This document shows positions 27,921 to 36,692 of a stretch of 64,000 bases of DNA, in pieces (within the stretch, counting starts at the first letter, position 1; each line of letters starts with the position of its first letter). Under the pieces are notes generated by a model that saw only the letters and a program-made list of their open reading frames with translations, did not search any database and had not been told where the DNA came from. This stretch comes from Clostridiales bacterium (GTDB lineage: Bacteria > Bacillota > Clostridia > Christensenellales > Aristaeellaceae), in the NCBI GenBank assembly GCA_015056145.1, contig SVGY01000014.1:263-64262 (forward strand), read 5' to 3'. Both the position numbers and the translations under genes were made by a program.

Positions 27921-28832
27921 ATGTCGGAAAAGATGAGCCTTTTTGCCCGGCTTCGTCAGGGCATGAGCCGGAGCCGTCAGCAGATGGCCCAGGTAATGGA
28001 GATGGAGGGAGACGATAACACCCCCCTCAGCGAAGATTATTTTGATTCCCTTCTGGATGCCATGATCCTGTCGGATATGGGCGCAGTATGCGCCGAGGAG
28101 GCCATGGACAAGCTGCGCATGGTCGTGAAGGAAAAGAAACTGCGCACCAACGGCGAGGCCAAGGCGGCCCTGAAGGAAATCCTGGTGGGATTCCTGCAGG
28201 TGGAGAAACCCAGCCTGAAGTGGCCCATGGTGATCCTCACCGTGGGCGTGAACGGCGTGGGCAAAACCACAACCATCGGTAAGCTGGCACTGCGTTTCCA
28301 GGGTCTGGGACGTACCATCGTGCTCTGTGCTGCGGATACCTTCCGTGCTGCCGCTGCTGACCAGCTGCAGGTATGGGCGGAGCGTGCACGCTGCCCGATC
28401 GTGCGTCACAAGGAAGGCGCAGACCCCGCAGGCGTAGTGTTTGATGGTGTACAGTCTGCCAAGGCACAGAAGGCGGATTTGCTCATCGTGGATACCGCAG
28501 GCCGTCTGCATAACAAGAAAAACCTGATGGATGAAATGGAAAAGATGCGTCGGGTCATCGACCGGGAATACCCTGAGGCTACCGTGCGCTGCCTGCTGGT
28601 GGTGGATGCCACCACTGGCCAGAACGGCCTGCAGCAGGCCCGTGCTTTCCGGGAAGCCGCCGGCATCAATGGCATTGTGCTTACCAAGCTGGACGGCACT
28701 GCCAAGGGCGGCATTGCCTTCGGCATTGTGAGGGAACTGCAGGTGCCGGTGATGTATGTGGGCGTGGGCGAAGGCATTGAAGACATGCAGGCCTTTGACG
28801 CAAAGGAATTTGTGGACGCTCTGTTTGACTGA
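27921..28832 (+). CDS. ftsY: signal recognition particle receptor FtsY
   Basis: SRP-GTPase motifs GVNGVGKTTT, DTAGR and TKLDG. Confidence 0.92.
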   Translation: MSEKMSLFARLRQGMSRSRQQMAQVMEMEGDDNTPLSEDYFDSLLDAMILSDMGAVCAEEAMDKLRMVVKEKKLRTNGEAKAALKEILVGFLQVEKPSLKWPMVILTVGVNGVGKTTTIGKLALRFQGLGRTIVLCAADTFRAAAADQLQVWAERARCPIVRHKEGADPAGVVFDGVQSAKAQKADLLIVDTAGRLHNKKNLMDEMEKMRRVIDREYPEATVRCLLVVDATTGQNGLQQARAFREAAGINGIVLTKLDGTAKGGIAFGIVRELQVPVMYVGVGEGIEDMQAFDAKEFVDALFD

Positions 28833-28857
28833 TTTGTAAACAACTCGGAGGATTGCA

Positions 28858-29856
28858 ATGTTTGGTATCGGATCCTTTTATTTCAAAATGAAAGCCAAGG
28901 CTGCCCTGAAGGGCAACTGGCAGACCGCTATGCTGGTGACCTTCTTCTCCGGTGTATTCACCGTGGCGCTGCAGGTTTTCCAGAGCCGGTTCTTGCAGCT
29001 GGACGTTCAGCAGATCGAAGGTTTGATGATGGTCAGAAACTATGAAGAACTCTGGCCTCTTTTCGGCCTCAACAGGAAGATCATATACGGTTTTCTTGGG
29101 TTGTCCCTGCTTTCCCTGCTGATGAGCCCGGCCCTGACGCTTGGATGCAATCATTATTTCATTCAGCGCCTGCGCAAGGAGGAGCTGGGTTTCGGCGGTC
29201 TGTTCAGCCGTTTTTGCATTTTCTTCAAAGCCCTGTGGCTGAATATCCTCATTGCGGTAAAAACCCTGCTTTGGGGCCTTGTGGTGATGGGGCCGTTCCT
29301 TGCGCTGCTGTTTCTGGTGCCGCAGGTATCGGTTTTTCTGCTGAAAAATCCCTTCCTTGTTACGGTGGTGAGCGTTGTTGCCTCCATACCGCCCATTCTG
29401 GCAGCCCTGCGCTATGCCATGGCGACCTTTATCGTGGCGGATAAGCCGGATGTGGGCGCATGGAAGGCCATAGAGCAGAGCAAGCAGATGATGAAGACCA
29501 TGAAGATGAACTATCTGGCCCTTAACATCAGCTTTGTGGGCTGGCTGCTGCTTTCCTCGCTGCTGGGCGTGCTGCTGGGGCCCGTGGTGGGCATGATTGC
29601 ACAGTTGTTTATGGAAACCTGGGTCGGAGCCTATATGAACGGCGCATTCGCCAGCTTCTATCAGGTGGTGGCCGATGAGGACGGACTGATGAACGCTGCA
29701 CGGGATCTTCACAAAATGATGCAGAATGCAGGCGTGAATTTTCCGGATGCAGAAGCCTTTGCTCATCCCGAAGAGGTGGAGGAACTTCAGCCTGAGGAAT
29801 CAGGCGAAGCAGAGGAAACGGTGGAATCTGCCCCGGATGAGGACAGGATGAACTGA
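28858..29856 (+). CDS. DUF975-like integral membrane protein with acidic C-terminal tail
   Basis: N-terminus MKAKAALKGNWQTAMLVTFF and multiple TM helices. The family name is from memory. Confidence 0.65.
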   Translation: MFGIGSFYFKMKAKAALKGNWQTAMLVTFFSGVFTVALQVFQSRFLQLDVQQIEGLMMVRNYEELWPLFGLNRKIIYGFLGLSLLSLLMSPALTLGCNHYFIQRLRKEELGFGGLFSRFCIFFKALWLNILIAVKTLLWGLVVMGPFLALLFLVPQVSVFLLKNPFLVTVVSVVASIPPILAALRYAMATFIVADKPDVGAWKAIEQSKQMMKTMKMNYLALNISFVGWLLLSSLLGVLLGPVVGMIAQLFMETWVGAYMNGAFASFYQVVADEDGLMNAARDLHKMMQNAGVNFPDAEAFAHPEEVEELQPEESGEAEETVESAPDEDRMN

Positions 29857-29881
29857 CACTTTACATAAAGGAGGGGGAGCC

Positions 29882-30616
29882 ATGCCGCCCCTGAAACCAT
29901 ACAGTCAGGAATTGACATACAGCTACGCACCGGGGCTGTTTCCCTCGCTGGAACTGATGAGGGTAAACCCCGGGCGGGCACAGCGGCTGCTTTTGAGCGA
30001 GAAGGCCCATGGCGAGGGCGTGGAGAAGCTCAGGCAGATTTGCCGGGAACACGGCGTGCGGGAAGAAATCGCAGACAAGGCCCTGCGGCGTATCAGCGGC
30101 AAGGACAACTGCTTTGCCGCAGTGGTATTTTCCAAATGGCAGGCGGATCTTCAGCCGGACAGGCCCCATGTGGTGCTGCATCATCCCATGGATGAGGGAA
30201 ATCTGGGCACCATCCAGCGTACCTTGCTGGGCCTTGGCCTTAAGGACATCGCTGTGATTACTCCCGCTGCGGACGTGTTTGAACCCCATGTGGTGCGGGC
30301 AACCATGGGTGCCGTGTTTTCCCTGCGGGTGAAACAGTATGCAGATTTTGAGGAATATCGGAAGGAATTTCCCACTCACGCACTGTACCCCTTTATGCTG
30401 GATGGTTCCAAGCTGCTGCCGGAAGTGCTGGACGATATCAAAATGCCTTATTCCCTGGTTTTCGGAAACGAGGGCAGCGGACTCCCACCGGAATTTGCCC
30501 GGATGGGCCAGGCAGTCAGGATCCCCCACAGTAATGAGATCGACTCGCTGAATTTGTCCATTGCGGTGGGCATCGGCGCATATGCCTTTGTACAGGCAGG
30601 AGAAGGAGCAAAGTAA
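29882..30616 (+). CDS. TrmH/SpoU family RNA 2'-O-methyltransferase
   Basis: SpoU motifs NLGTIQRT, LVFGNEGSGL and SLNLSIAVGI. Confidence 0.8.
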   Translation: MPPLKPYSQELTYSYAPGLFPSLELMRVNPGRAQRLLLSEKAHGEGVEKLRQICREHGVREEIADKALRRISGKDNCFAAVVFSKWQADLQPDRPHVVLHHPMDEGNLGTIQRTLLGLGLKDIAVITPAADVFEPHVVRATMGAVFSLRVKQYADFEEYRKEFPTHALYPFMLDGSKLLPEVLDDIKMPYSLVFGNEGSGLPPEFARMGQAVRIPHSNEIDSLNLSIAVGIGAYAFVQAGEGAK

Positions 30617-30617
30617 T

Positions 30618-31169
30618 ATGTACGAGAATATCCGGAATGAAGTGAAGGAAGTTGTGGACTTCCTGTATGAAAACGCCCACCTGAAACCCGGCGCAGTGGT
30701 GGTTTTCGGCTGCAGCACCAGCGAGGTTGCCGGCGGGCGCATCGGCAAAAACAGCGTGCCGGAGCTGGGCGATGCTCTGGCCTCCGCTATGATGGATGCA
30801 TGCAGGGAAAAGGGACTGCATCCGGTGTTTCAGTGCTGCGAGCATCTGAACCGTGCACTGGTGATGGAGCAGGAACTTCTGGACAGGCTGCACCTTGTGC
30901 AGGTGAACGCCATGCCCGTGCCCAAGGCCGGCGGCAGCACCGGCGCAGCGGCTTATCAGCGGTTTAATAATCCGGCCCTTGCCATGGCCATTCAGGCTGA
31001 TGCGGCGGTGGATATTGGCGACACACTGGTGGGCATGCATATCCGCCCGGTGGCGGTGCCCCTGCGCATGGAGGGAAAACAGGCCAAAATTGGTCAGGCT
31101 CATGTGGTGATGGCGTATTCCCGCCTGCCTTTCATTGGCGGCGAAAGGGCGCAGTATCCGGGAAAATAA
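30618..31169 (+). CDS. TIGR01440 / UPF0340 family protein
   Basis: ATG 30618 lies directly after the trmH-like stop. The FGCSTSEV...GG.IG motif is typical of the family (from memory). Confidence 0.65.
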   Translation: MYENIRNEVKEVVDFLYENAHLKPGAVVVFGCSTSEVAGGRIGKNSVPELGDALASAMMDACREKGLHPVFQCCEHLNRALVMEQELLDRLHLVQVNAMPVPKAGGSTGAAAYQRFNNPALAMAIQADAAVDIGDTLVGMHIRPVAVPLRMEGKQAKIGQAHVVMAYSRLPFIGGERAQYPGK

Positions 31170-31231
31170 TACAAAAAACGAGACGGTGACTATGTGTTGC
31201 CGCCTCTTTTCCATTCAAGGGAGTTGGCAAT

Positions 31232-31639
31232 ATGTTTTTCTCAAAACCCGAAACCCTGGAACTATATCTCCCCCTGCGCCTGGACAGGCTCAAAGAGGAT
31301 GAGGACAACGGTATCATCAGCCTTGAGGCATGGGGCGAAGTAATGGGCAAGCGTCAGTACCTGAGCAGCAGTTACTCCCTGAAAGAACCGGCTATGTACG
31401 GCGACGGGCGATACGAAAAAATGCTGGAGGAGCTGGATCGCCTCAGCGAAGGCGCAGAGGATGAAAGCGATATTCCCCGGAACAAGAAGGTGAAGGTTGT
31501 CCTGACCATCAAAAAAGGGAAGGTGAAAAAAGGCCTTATTGATCTGGAAAGTTTGGCGGAGATTACCGGCGATATGGGCTTTCTTGCCATGGAATTGCTG
31601 GGGTGGGGAATCGGCGAAAAAAGCTGCATCAACAAATAA
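31232..31639 (+). CDS. hypothetical protein
   Basis: 135-aa ORF followed by a terminator. No motif recognised. Confidence 0.5.
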   Translation: MFFSKPETLELYLPLRLDRLKEDEDNGIISLEAWGEVMGKRQYLSSSYSLKEPAMYGDGRYEKMLEELDRLSEGAEDESDIPRNKKVKVVLTIKKGKVKKGLIDLESLAEITGDMGFLAMELLGWGIGEKSCINK

Positions 31640-31655
31640 GAATAACAAAACCCGT

Positions 31656-31690
31656 GCAGAAAGATCATTCCGCACGGGTTTGCTATATGC
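31656..31690. terminator. bidirectional Rho-independent terminator
   Basis: AAACCCGTGC ... GCACGGGTTT hairpin between convergent genes. The T-run is better on the minus strand. Confidence 0.7.
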
Positions 31691-31757
31691 GTAAGGGTGT
31701 AGGAGTCTCCGTCTTTTCCTGCGGGACGGTTCCGCAAAGAAAATGGTATCAGCCCAA

Positions 31758-32864
31758 TCAGAAAATATAAAATTCACATTCCAGCCGCCCGTTGTACAGC
31801 CGGCGTTTCTGGGTGGCACGCTTGCCGAAGCAGCGCTCGAAGGCGAAGTCGGAGGTGATCACCGCCATGCGCCAGCCGGGATGCCGCTTGAGCAAAAGCC
31901 CCATTTCTTTGTACAGAGCCTGTGCGGCTTTCCTGTCGCCCAGCCGTTCGCCGTAGGGAGGATTGCACAGGAACACGCCGGGTTCGCCAGGTACGTTCAG
32001 GGTGCGCAGGTCTTGCTGGTGTACCTGGATCTGCTTCTGGAAACCGGCTTGCCGGATGTGCTTTCGGGCAAGGGAAAGGGCGCTTTCGTCGATATCGCTG
32101 CCGGAGATTTGCAGCTCCGGCACGGCATCCAGTTTGTCCCGTTCCGCTTCCCGGATGGCATTGAGTTCCATTTTGTCCATGAAGAAGAAATCCTCACAGA
32201 TGAAGGAGCGATTTATCCCCGCCGGTCTGCCGCAGGCCTTGATGGCTGCCTCCACCAAAAGAGTGCCGGTGCCGCAGCAGGGGTCGTAGAGAGGCATGCG
32301 GCTGCGCCAGGGGCTCAGGTCCACCAGGGCCGCAGCGAGGGTCTCCCGGATGGGCGCCTCGCCGTTCCAGGTGCGGTAACCACGCTTGTTCAGGGCATCG
32401 CCGCTCATATCCAGCGTCAGACGGGCCTTGTCCTTGTAGATGGATACATCCACCGGATAGCGTGCGCCCTTCTCCGGCAGGCGTTCCACATGGAGCTTTT
32501 TCATCAGCCGGTTTACAATGGCCTTTTTGGTAATGGACTGGCAGTCACGGACGCTCATCAGCTGGCTGCGCACGCATTTGCCGGTAACGTGGATCATACC
32601 GTCACGGGAGATGTAATGCTCCCAGGGAATGGCGGAAGCGAAGGTGAAAAGCTCCTCGAAGGTGTACACCTCCCGCTCGTCCAGAAGGAGAAGCACTCTG
32701 TCAGCGGTGCGCAGGCAAAGCTGGGCACGGAAGGCATCGGTCATCTCGCCGGAGAAACGGGCGCAGCCCTGTTCTGCCTTCGCATCGAAGCCAAGGCGAC
32801 GCAGTTCGTTGGCTACCACGCCCTCCAGACCGAAGGCGGCAGTGGCAAGAAAAGTATGTTTCAT
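31758..32864 (-). CDS. THUMP domain-containing class I SAM-dependent RNA methyltransferase (RlmL/YpsC-like)
   Basis: ATG 32864 has an AGGAG SD. SAM motif DPCCGTGTLL and catalytic NPPYG. Confidence 0.82.
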   Translation of the reverse strand: MKHTFLATAAFGLEGVVANELRRLGFDAKAEQGCARFSGEMTDAFRAQLCLRTADRVLLLLDEREVYTFEELFTFASAIPWEHYISRDGMIHVTGKCVRSQLMSVRDCQSITKKAIVNRLMKKLHVERLPEKGARYPVDVSIYKDKARLTLDMSGDALNKRGYRTWNGEAPIRETLAAALVDLSPWRSRMPLYDPCCGTGTLLVEAAIKACGRPAGINRSFICEDFFFMDKMELNAIREAERDKLDAVPELQISGSDIDESALSLARKHIRQAGFQKQIQVHQQDLRTLNVPGEPGVFLCNPPYGERLGDRKAAQALYKEMGLLLKRHPGWRMAVITSDFAFERCFGKRATQKRRLYNGRLECEFYIF

Positions 32865-32956
32865 AGGATACACTCCTGATCTCAGCAATGGAAAATACCG
32901 CAGAACATCATAGCATTTTTGTTGCAAAATGGAAAGGGGTATGATAAGATATCAAA

Positions 32957-33215
32957 GTCGTGAGCCAAGCTCATACCCAAAGGAATGCACGCCCGGCCCC
33001 GCCAAAGAGAACCATCCCTCCGGCTGAAAGGATGGTGCGGAAGGCAAAGCGCAGCTCCCGCCTTTGCGAAAATCGGCCAATCCCCGACGGTTTGCCGCCG
33101 TTATCCGGCATGGAAAGGTGCAGGCAGAAAATGCCTGAAACTGGGTGGTACCGCGAAGGCTCCCTTCGTCCCATGTGCAGCATGGCTGCAGTGGGAGCGG
33201 AAAGCCTTTTTTTCA
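32957..33215 (+). promoter_or_regulatory. T-box leader (tRNA-sensing riboswitch) with terminator, controlling proS
   Basis: Conserved T-box core AAACTGGGTGGTACCGCG at 33138-33155. AGAGA element near 33006. A long imperfect hairpin follows, then a T7 run at 33207-33213. Candidate promoter: TTGCAA at 32922-32927 and TAAGAT at 32945-32950. Confidence 0.8.
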
Positions 33216-33245
33216 TAGCCAAAACAGGAAAAGGAGAGATGCAAA

Positions 33246-34691
33246 ATGGCAAAGCAGGAAAAAAAGCAGGGGTTTGTAGAGCATATCACACCCCGTGACG
33301 TGGACTTTTCTCAGTGGTATACCGACGTAATTCTCCAGAGCCAGCTGGTGGACTATGCTCCCGTGCGTGGCTGCATGATTATCCGTCCCTACGGCTTCGC
33401 CCTGTGGGAGCGCATTAAGGAAGTGCTGGACAAGCGCTTCAAGGCCACCGGCCATGAAAACGTATATATGCCCATGCTGATCCCGGAAAGCCTTCTTTTG
33501 AAGGAAGCGGAGCATGTGGAAGGCTTCGCCCCCGAAGTGGCCTGGGTTACCCATGGCGGCAGCGAAAAGCTGCAGGAACGCCTTGCAGTGCGGCCCACCA
33601 GCGAGACCATTTTCTGCGCCATGTACTCCAAGTGGGTGGAGTCTTGGCGTGACCTGCCCATGAAGTACAACCAGTGGTGCAGCGTTATGCGCTGGGAAAA
33701 GAGCACCCGCCCCTTCCTGCGCACCAGCGAGTTCCTCTGGCAGGAAGGCCATACCATTCATGCCACTGCTGAAGAGGCTCAGGAAGAAACCATGCAGATG
33801 CTGGAAGTGTACCGTGACGTGGCTGAAAACGAGCTGGCCATGCCTGTGCTGGTGGGCAAGAAGAGCGACAAGGAAAAGTTTGCCGGCGCACGGGCTACCT
33901 ACTCCATGGAAGCCATGATGCAGGACGGTAAGGCTCTGCAGGCCGGTACCAGCCACAACTTCGGCACCAATTTTGCTGAAGCCTACGATATCCAGTACCT
34001 CAACAAGGAAGGCAAGCTGACTTACGTTCACGAAACCAGCTGGGGCGTATCCACCCGTTTGATCGGCGCCATCATCATGACCCACGGCGACGAGCGTGGC
34101 CTGAAACTGCCGCCCCATGTGGCACCCATTCAGGCTGTTATCGTTCCCGTTGCTGCCCATAAGGGCGGAGTCATGGAAAAGGCCGAGGAGATCCGTGCTC
34201 AGCTGGAAGCCGCCGGTATCCGTGTAAAGCTGGATGACCGTGATACCCTGAGCCCCGGCTTCAAGTTCAATGACTGGGAACTGAAGGGCGTGCCCGTCCG
34301 TATTGAGATCGGCCCCCGTGATGTGGAAAACGGCAAGTGCGTTGTATTCCGCCGTGACACTTATGAAAAGCAGGATGTGGCCCTGACTGATCTGGCCGCT
34401 GCTATCCCCGAGCTGCTTGAAAATATCCAGCAGACCATGTACAAACTGGCTGCGGACTTCCGTCAGGAACGCATCAGCGATGTAAACAACATGGAAGAAC
34501 TGGCCAAGGTGGTGGACGGTGGCTTTGCCCGTGCAATGTGGTGCGGCGACCGTGCCTGCGAGGACAAGATCAAGGAAATGACCGGCGCAACCAGTCGCAA
34601 CATGCCCTTTGACCAGACCGCTATCGGAGATACCTGCGTATGCTGCGGCAAGAAGGCTGATAAGCTGATCTACTTTGCCAAGGCCTATTGA
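33246..34691 (+). CDS. proS: proline--tRNA ligase (short, archaeal/eukaryote-like type)
   Basis: 481 aa. Class II aaRS motifs and C-terminal zinc-binding CVCCGKKA. Family-wide collinearity. Confidence 0.9.
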   Translation: MAKQEKKQGFVEHITPRDVDFSQWYTDVILQSQLVDYAPVRGCMIIRPYGFALWERIKEVLDKRFKATGHENVYMPMLIPESLLLKEAEHVEGFAPEVAWVTHGGSEKLQERLAVRPTSETIFCAMYSKWVESWRDLPMKYNQWCSVMRWEKSTRPFLRTSEFLWQEGHTIHATAEEAQEETMQMLEVYRDVAENELAMPVLVGKKSDKEKFAGARATYSMEAMMQDGKALQAGTSHNFGTNFAEAYDIQYLNKEGKLTYVHETSWGVSTRLIGAIIMTHGDERGLKLPPHVAPIQAVIVPVAAHKGGVMEKAEEIRAQLEAAGIRVKLDDRDTLSPGFKFNDWELKGVPVRIEIGPRDVENGKCVVFRRDTYEKQDVALTDLAAAIPELLENIQQTMYKLAADFRQERISDVNNMEELAKVVDGGFARAMWCGDRACEDKIKEMTGATSRNMPFDQTAIGDTCVCCGKKADKLIYFAKAY

Positions 34692-35338
34692 TGATGAAGA
34701 TCCGGCAGATTTTCTGGGACTGGAACGGCACGCTGCTGGATGACCTGTGGTATGCCATCGGGGTGAGGAACCGCACGTTCCCTCTCTTTGGCCTGCCTGT
34801 CATTGAAAACCTTGAAGAATACTTCAGTCAGTTCACCTTTCCGGTTCGTGAGTATTACTACCGTGCTGGAGTCACTGAGGAAAATTTCAACGAAGTGGCG
34901 CATGCCTGGATGAATGAATACGTCCGGGGCCAGGAAAGCATTCCCCTGCATAGCGATGCACTGGAAACAATTGCAAGCCTTCGCAAGGGCGGGCTTTCCC
35001 AGGTGGTGCTCAGCGCCAGTCAGATTGAGATCCTCAAGGGGCAACTGGCCCTGTATGGTCTGGAAAACACCTTTGATGACGTGCTGGGCCATGACAATAT
35101 CTATGCCGACAGCAAGGAAATGATCGGCGTGCGCTATATGCAGAAAACCGGATTGACCCCGGAGGAGTGCATGATGATCGGCGATACCCTCCACGATGCG
35201 GATGTGGCCCGTGGCATGGGGATCCGCTGCATATTGGTGGCCAGAGGCCATCAGAGCCGGGAAACGCTGGAAACTGCCGGGGTACCGGTGCTGGGCAGCC
35301 TTCTGGAAGCTGCGGAACTGATATTGAAAACGGAATAA
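34691..35338 (+). CDS. HAD family hydrolase (phosphoglycolate phosphatase-like)
   Basis: Motif I FWDWNGTLLDD and motif IV IGDTLHDADVA. The start overlaps the proS stop. Confidence 0.8.
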   Translation: MMKIRQIFWDWNGTLLDDLWYAIGVRNRTFPLFGLPVIENLEEYFSQFTFPVREYYYRAGVTEENFNEVAHAWMNEYVRGQESIPLHSDALETIASLRKGGLSQVVLSASQIEILKGQLALYGLENTFDDVLGHDNIYADSKEMIGVRYMQKTGLTPEECMMIGDTLHDADVARGMGIRCILVARGHQSRETLETAGVPVLGSLLEAAELILKTE

Positions 35339-35346
35339 AAAGCAAA

Positions 35347-35379
35347 AGACCATGGCAGAAAAAAGTCTGTCATGGTCTC
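35347..35379 (+). repeat. proximal copy of the duplicated terminator hairpin, lacking a T-tract
   Basis: AGACCATGGCAGAAAAAAGTCTGTCATGGTCTC is identical to 35543-35575. It is followed directly by the element. Confidence 0.85.
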
Positions 35380-35542
35380 AGCTTGTCGAAAAACCTCATT
35401 CTTGTCAGTCAAAGCCGCAAATCTTGCACCTTCGGTGCTCGCTGTGCTTTCTTGAAAGTGCTGCGGCACAAGGAATGTGGGCTCTGCCCACACCCGGCAG
35501 GGGGATGATCCCCCTGCACCCTGCGCATTTTTTGACAGCCAG
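35380..35542 (+). mobile_element. MITE-like repeat element, copy 2
   Basis: Near-identical to the reverse complement of 7371-7534 (2 mismatches). No coding capacity. Several internal GC-rich hairpins. Confidence 0.8.
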
Positions 35543-35581
35543 AGACCATGGCAGAAAAAAGTCTGTCATGGTCTCTTTTTG
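35543..35581 (+). terminator. distal copy of the duplicated terminator hairpin, the copy that retains the T-tract
   Basis: 13-bp stem AGACCATGGCAGA / TCTGTCATGGTCT, followed by CTTTTT. Confidence 0.8.
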
Positions 35582-35727
35582 CAGAAAAACCTATTTTTGA
35601 TGGAAGCCGTACAGCCTGCCCTTGCGGCGCTGGCTGAGGATTGCTGCGGCGTAAAGGCTTGTGAGCTGGGTCTGCGCCCGGCAAGGAGATGATTTTCCGC
35701 ATCTACCCCTTTTTGACAATTGGGTAT

Positions 35728-36294
35728 TCAGGAAAAATCACCAATTTCTCCAAGAAGCCGGCCGATGCTGTGATACTTGCCGGAGTAGATCACCGGGTCC
35801 AGCTTCGTGAGGTCAACATCGAAGGCGTCGGCACATTGGAGGCCTTCCTCCATCTGCACATTTCTGATTTTGCAGAAGAAGGTGGTGGATTGGCCTGTTG
35901 ATACGGATTGCACTACCTCACATTCATATACCCAGCGGCTCATGTCCAGAACGGGTACATCCACTGCTTTACCTCTGGAAACGGAGTAATCCACCTCATC
36001 CTTGTGCCCCGATGCGGCATGATGGGAGCCGAAGTAGTCCATCAGTGGAAGCATATCGGTGCTCACCAGATTGACGCTGAGCTGCCCGGTGAGAATCACA
36101 TTCTGCTTGGTGTTTTTTTCGCCAAACATGCTGATCACCAGCAAATAGTCGTCATCCTTTTCACAGGTGGCGCTGACCCATGTAATGGGAGCGAAATTGT
36201 GGCTGCCGTCCGGGTTGTTGGTGCCGATGATAAAGGCTGGCTGAACGCACATGGAAAAACAGGGTTTTACGGATTTGCGTCTGACAGAATTCAT
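35728..36294 (-). CDS. flavin reductase family protein
   Basis: 188 aa. The pattern QPAFIIGTNNPDGSHNFAPITW is typical of flavin reductase-like FMN-binding domains. Confidence 0.7.
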   Translation of the reverse strand: MNSVRRKSVKPCFSMCVQPAFIIGTNNPDGSHNFAPITWVSATCEKDDDYLLVISMFGEKNTKQNVILTGQLSVNLVSTDMLPLMDYFGSHHAASGHKDEVDYSVSRGKAVDVPVLDMSRWVYECEVVQSVSTGQSTTFFCKIRNVQMEEGLQCADAFDVDLTKLDPVIYSGKYHSIGRLLGEIGDFS

Positions 36295-36323
36295 GGAAAA
36301 TCACCTCTGCAAAATGAAATGAT

Positions 36324-36692
36324 TCATTTGTTGAGCGCAAAGCTCCAGGCCGCATCCAGCCATTCCCATAATTGCTGATCCAACTCCTCCGGATGGGCAA
36401 CGGGAATGTGATGCGTCCAGCGGCCGGGCCTTAGCTGAACAGATTGAGCTACACGGGAAGAAGCAAGCTGCGTGCCAAGGCCGAGGGTGAGGCGGAGACC
36501 GGGTTCCCCCTTGCGTCGGGGCAGGGACACGGCTGCGAAGATAAAGCGGTTTTTCAGAGAAATCTGGGTTTTTCCTGCCTGAAAAAGCATGCAGGGGTAT
36601 CGGGACAATAAGCCCTTTTTCAGCTGCTCATAAAGCATCAGGCGCTGAGAATTTTTTTGGAAAAACAACAGTTCGTCCTGAGTCAGCATCAC
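36324..36692 (-). CDS. hypothetical protein (possibly DUF5655-like)
   Basis: 122-aa ORF overlapping the upstream gene by 4 nt. The family guess is from memory only. Confidence 0.5.
   Translation of the reverse strand: MMLTQDELLFFQKNSQRLMLYEQLKKGLLSRYPCMLFQAGKTQISLKNRFIFAAVSLPRRKGEPGLRLTLGLGTQLASSRVAQSVQLRPGRWTHHIPVAHPEELDQQLWEWLDAAWSFALNK

Noticed and set aside
31743-32879. 378-aa plus-strand ORF
   Set aside because: It is antisense to the THUMP methyltransferase (DPCCGTG and NPPYG are on the minus strand).
33213-34160. 315-aa minus-strand ORF
   Set aside because: It is antisense to proS and overlaps the T-box terminator.
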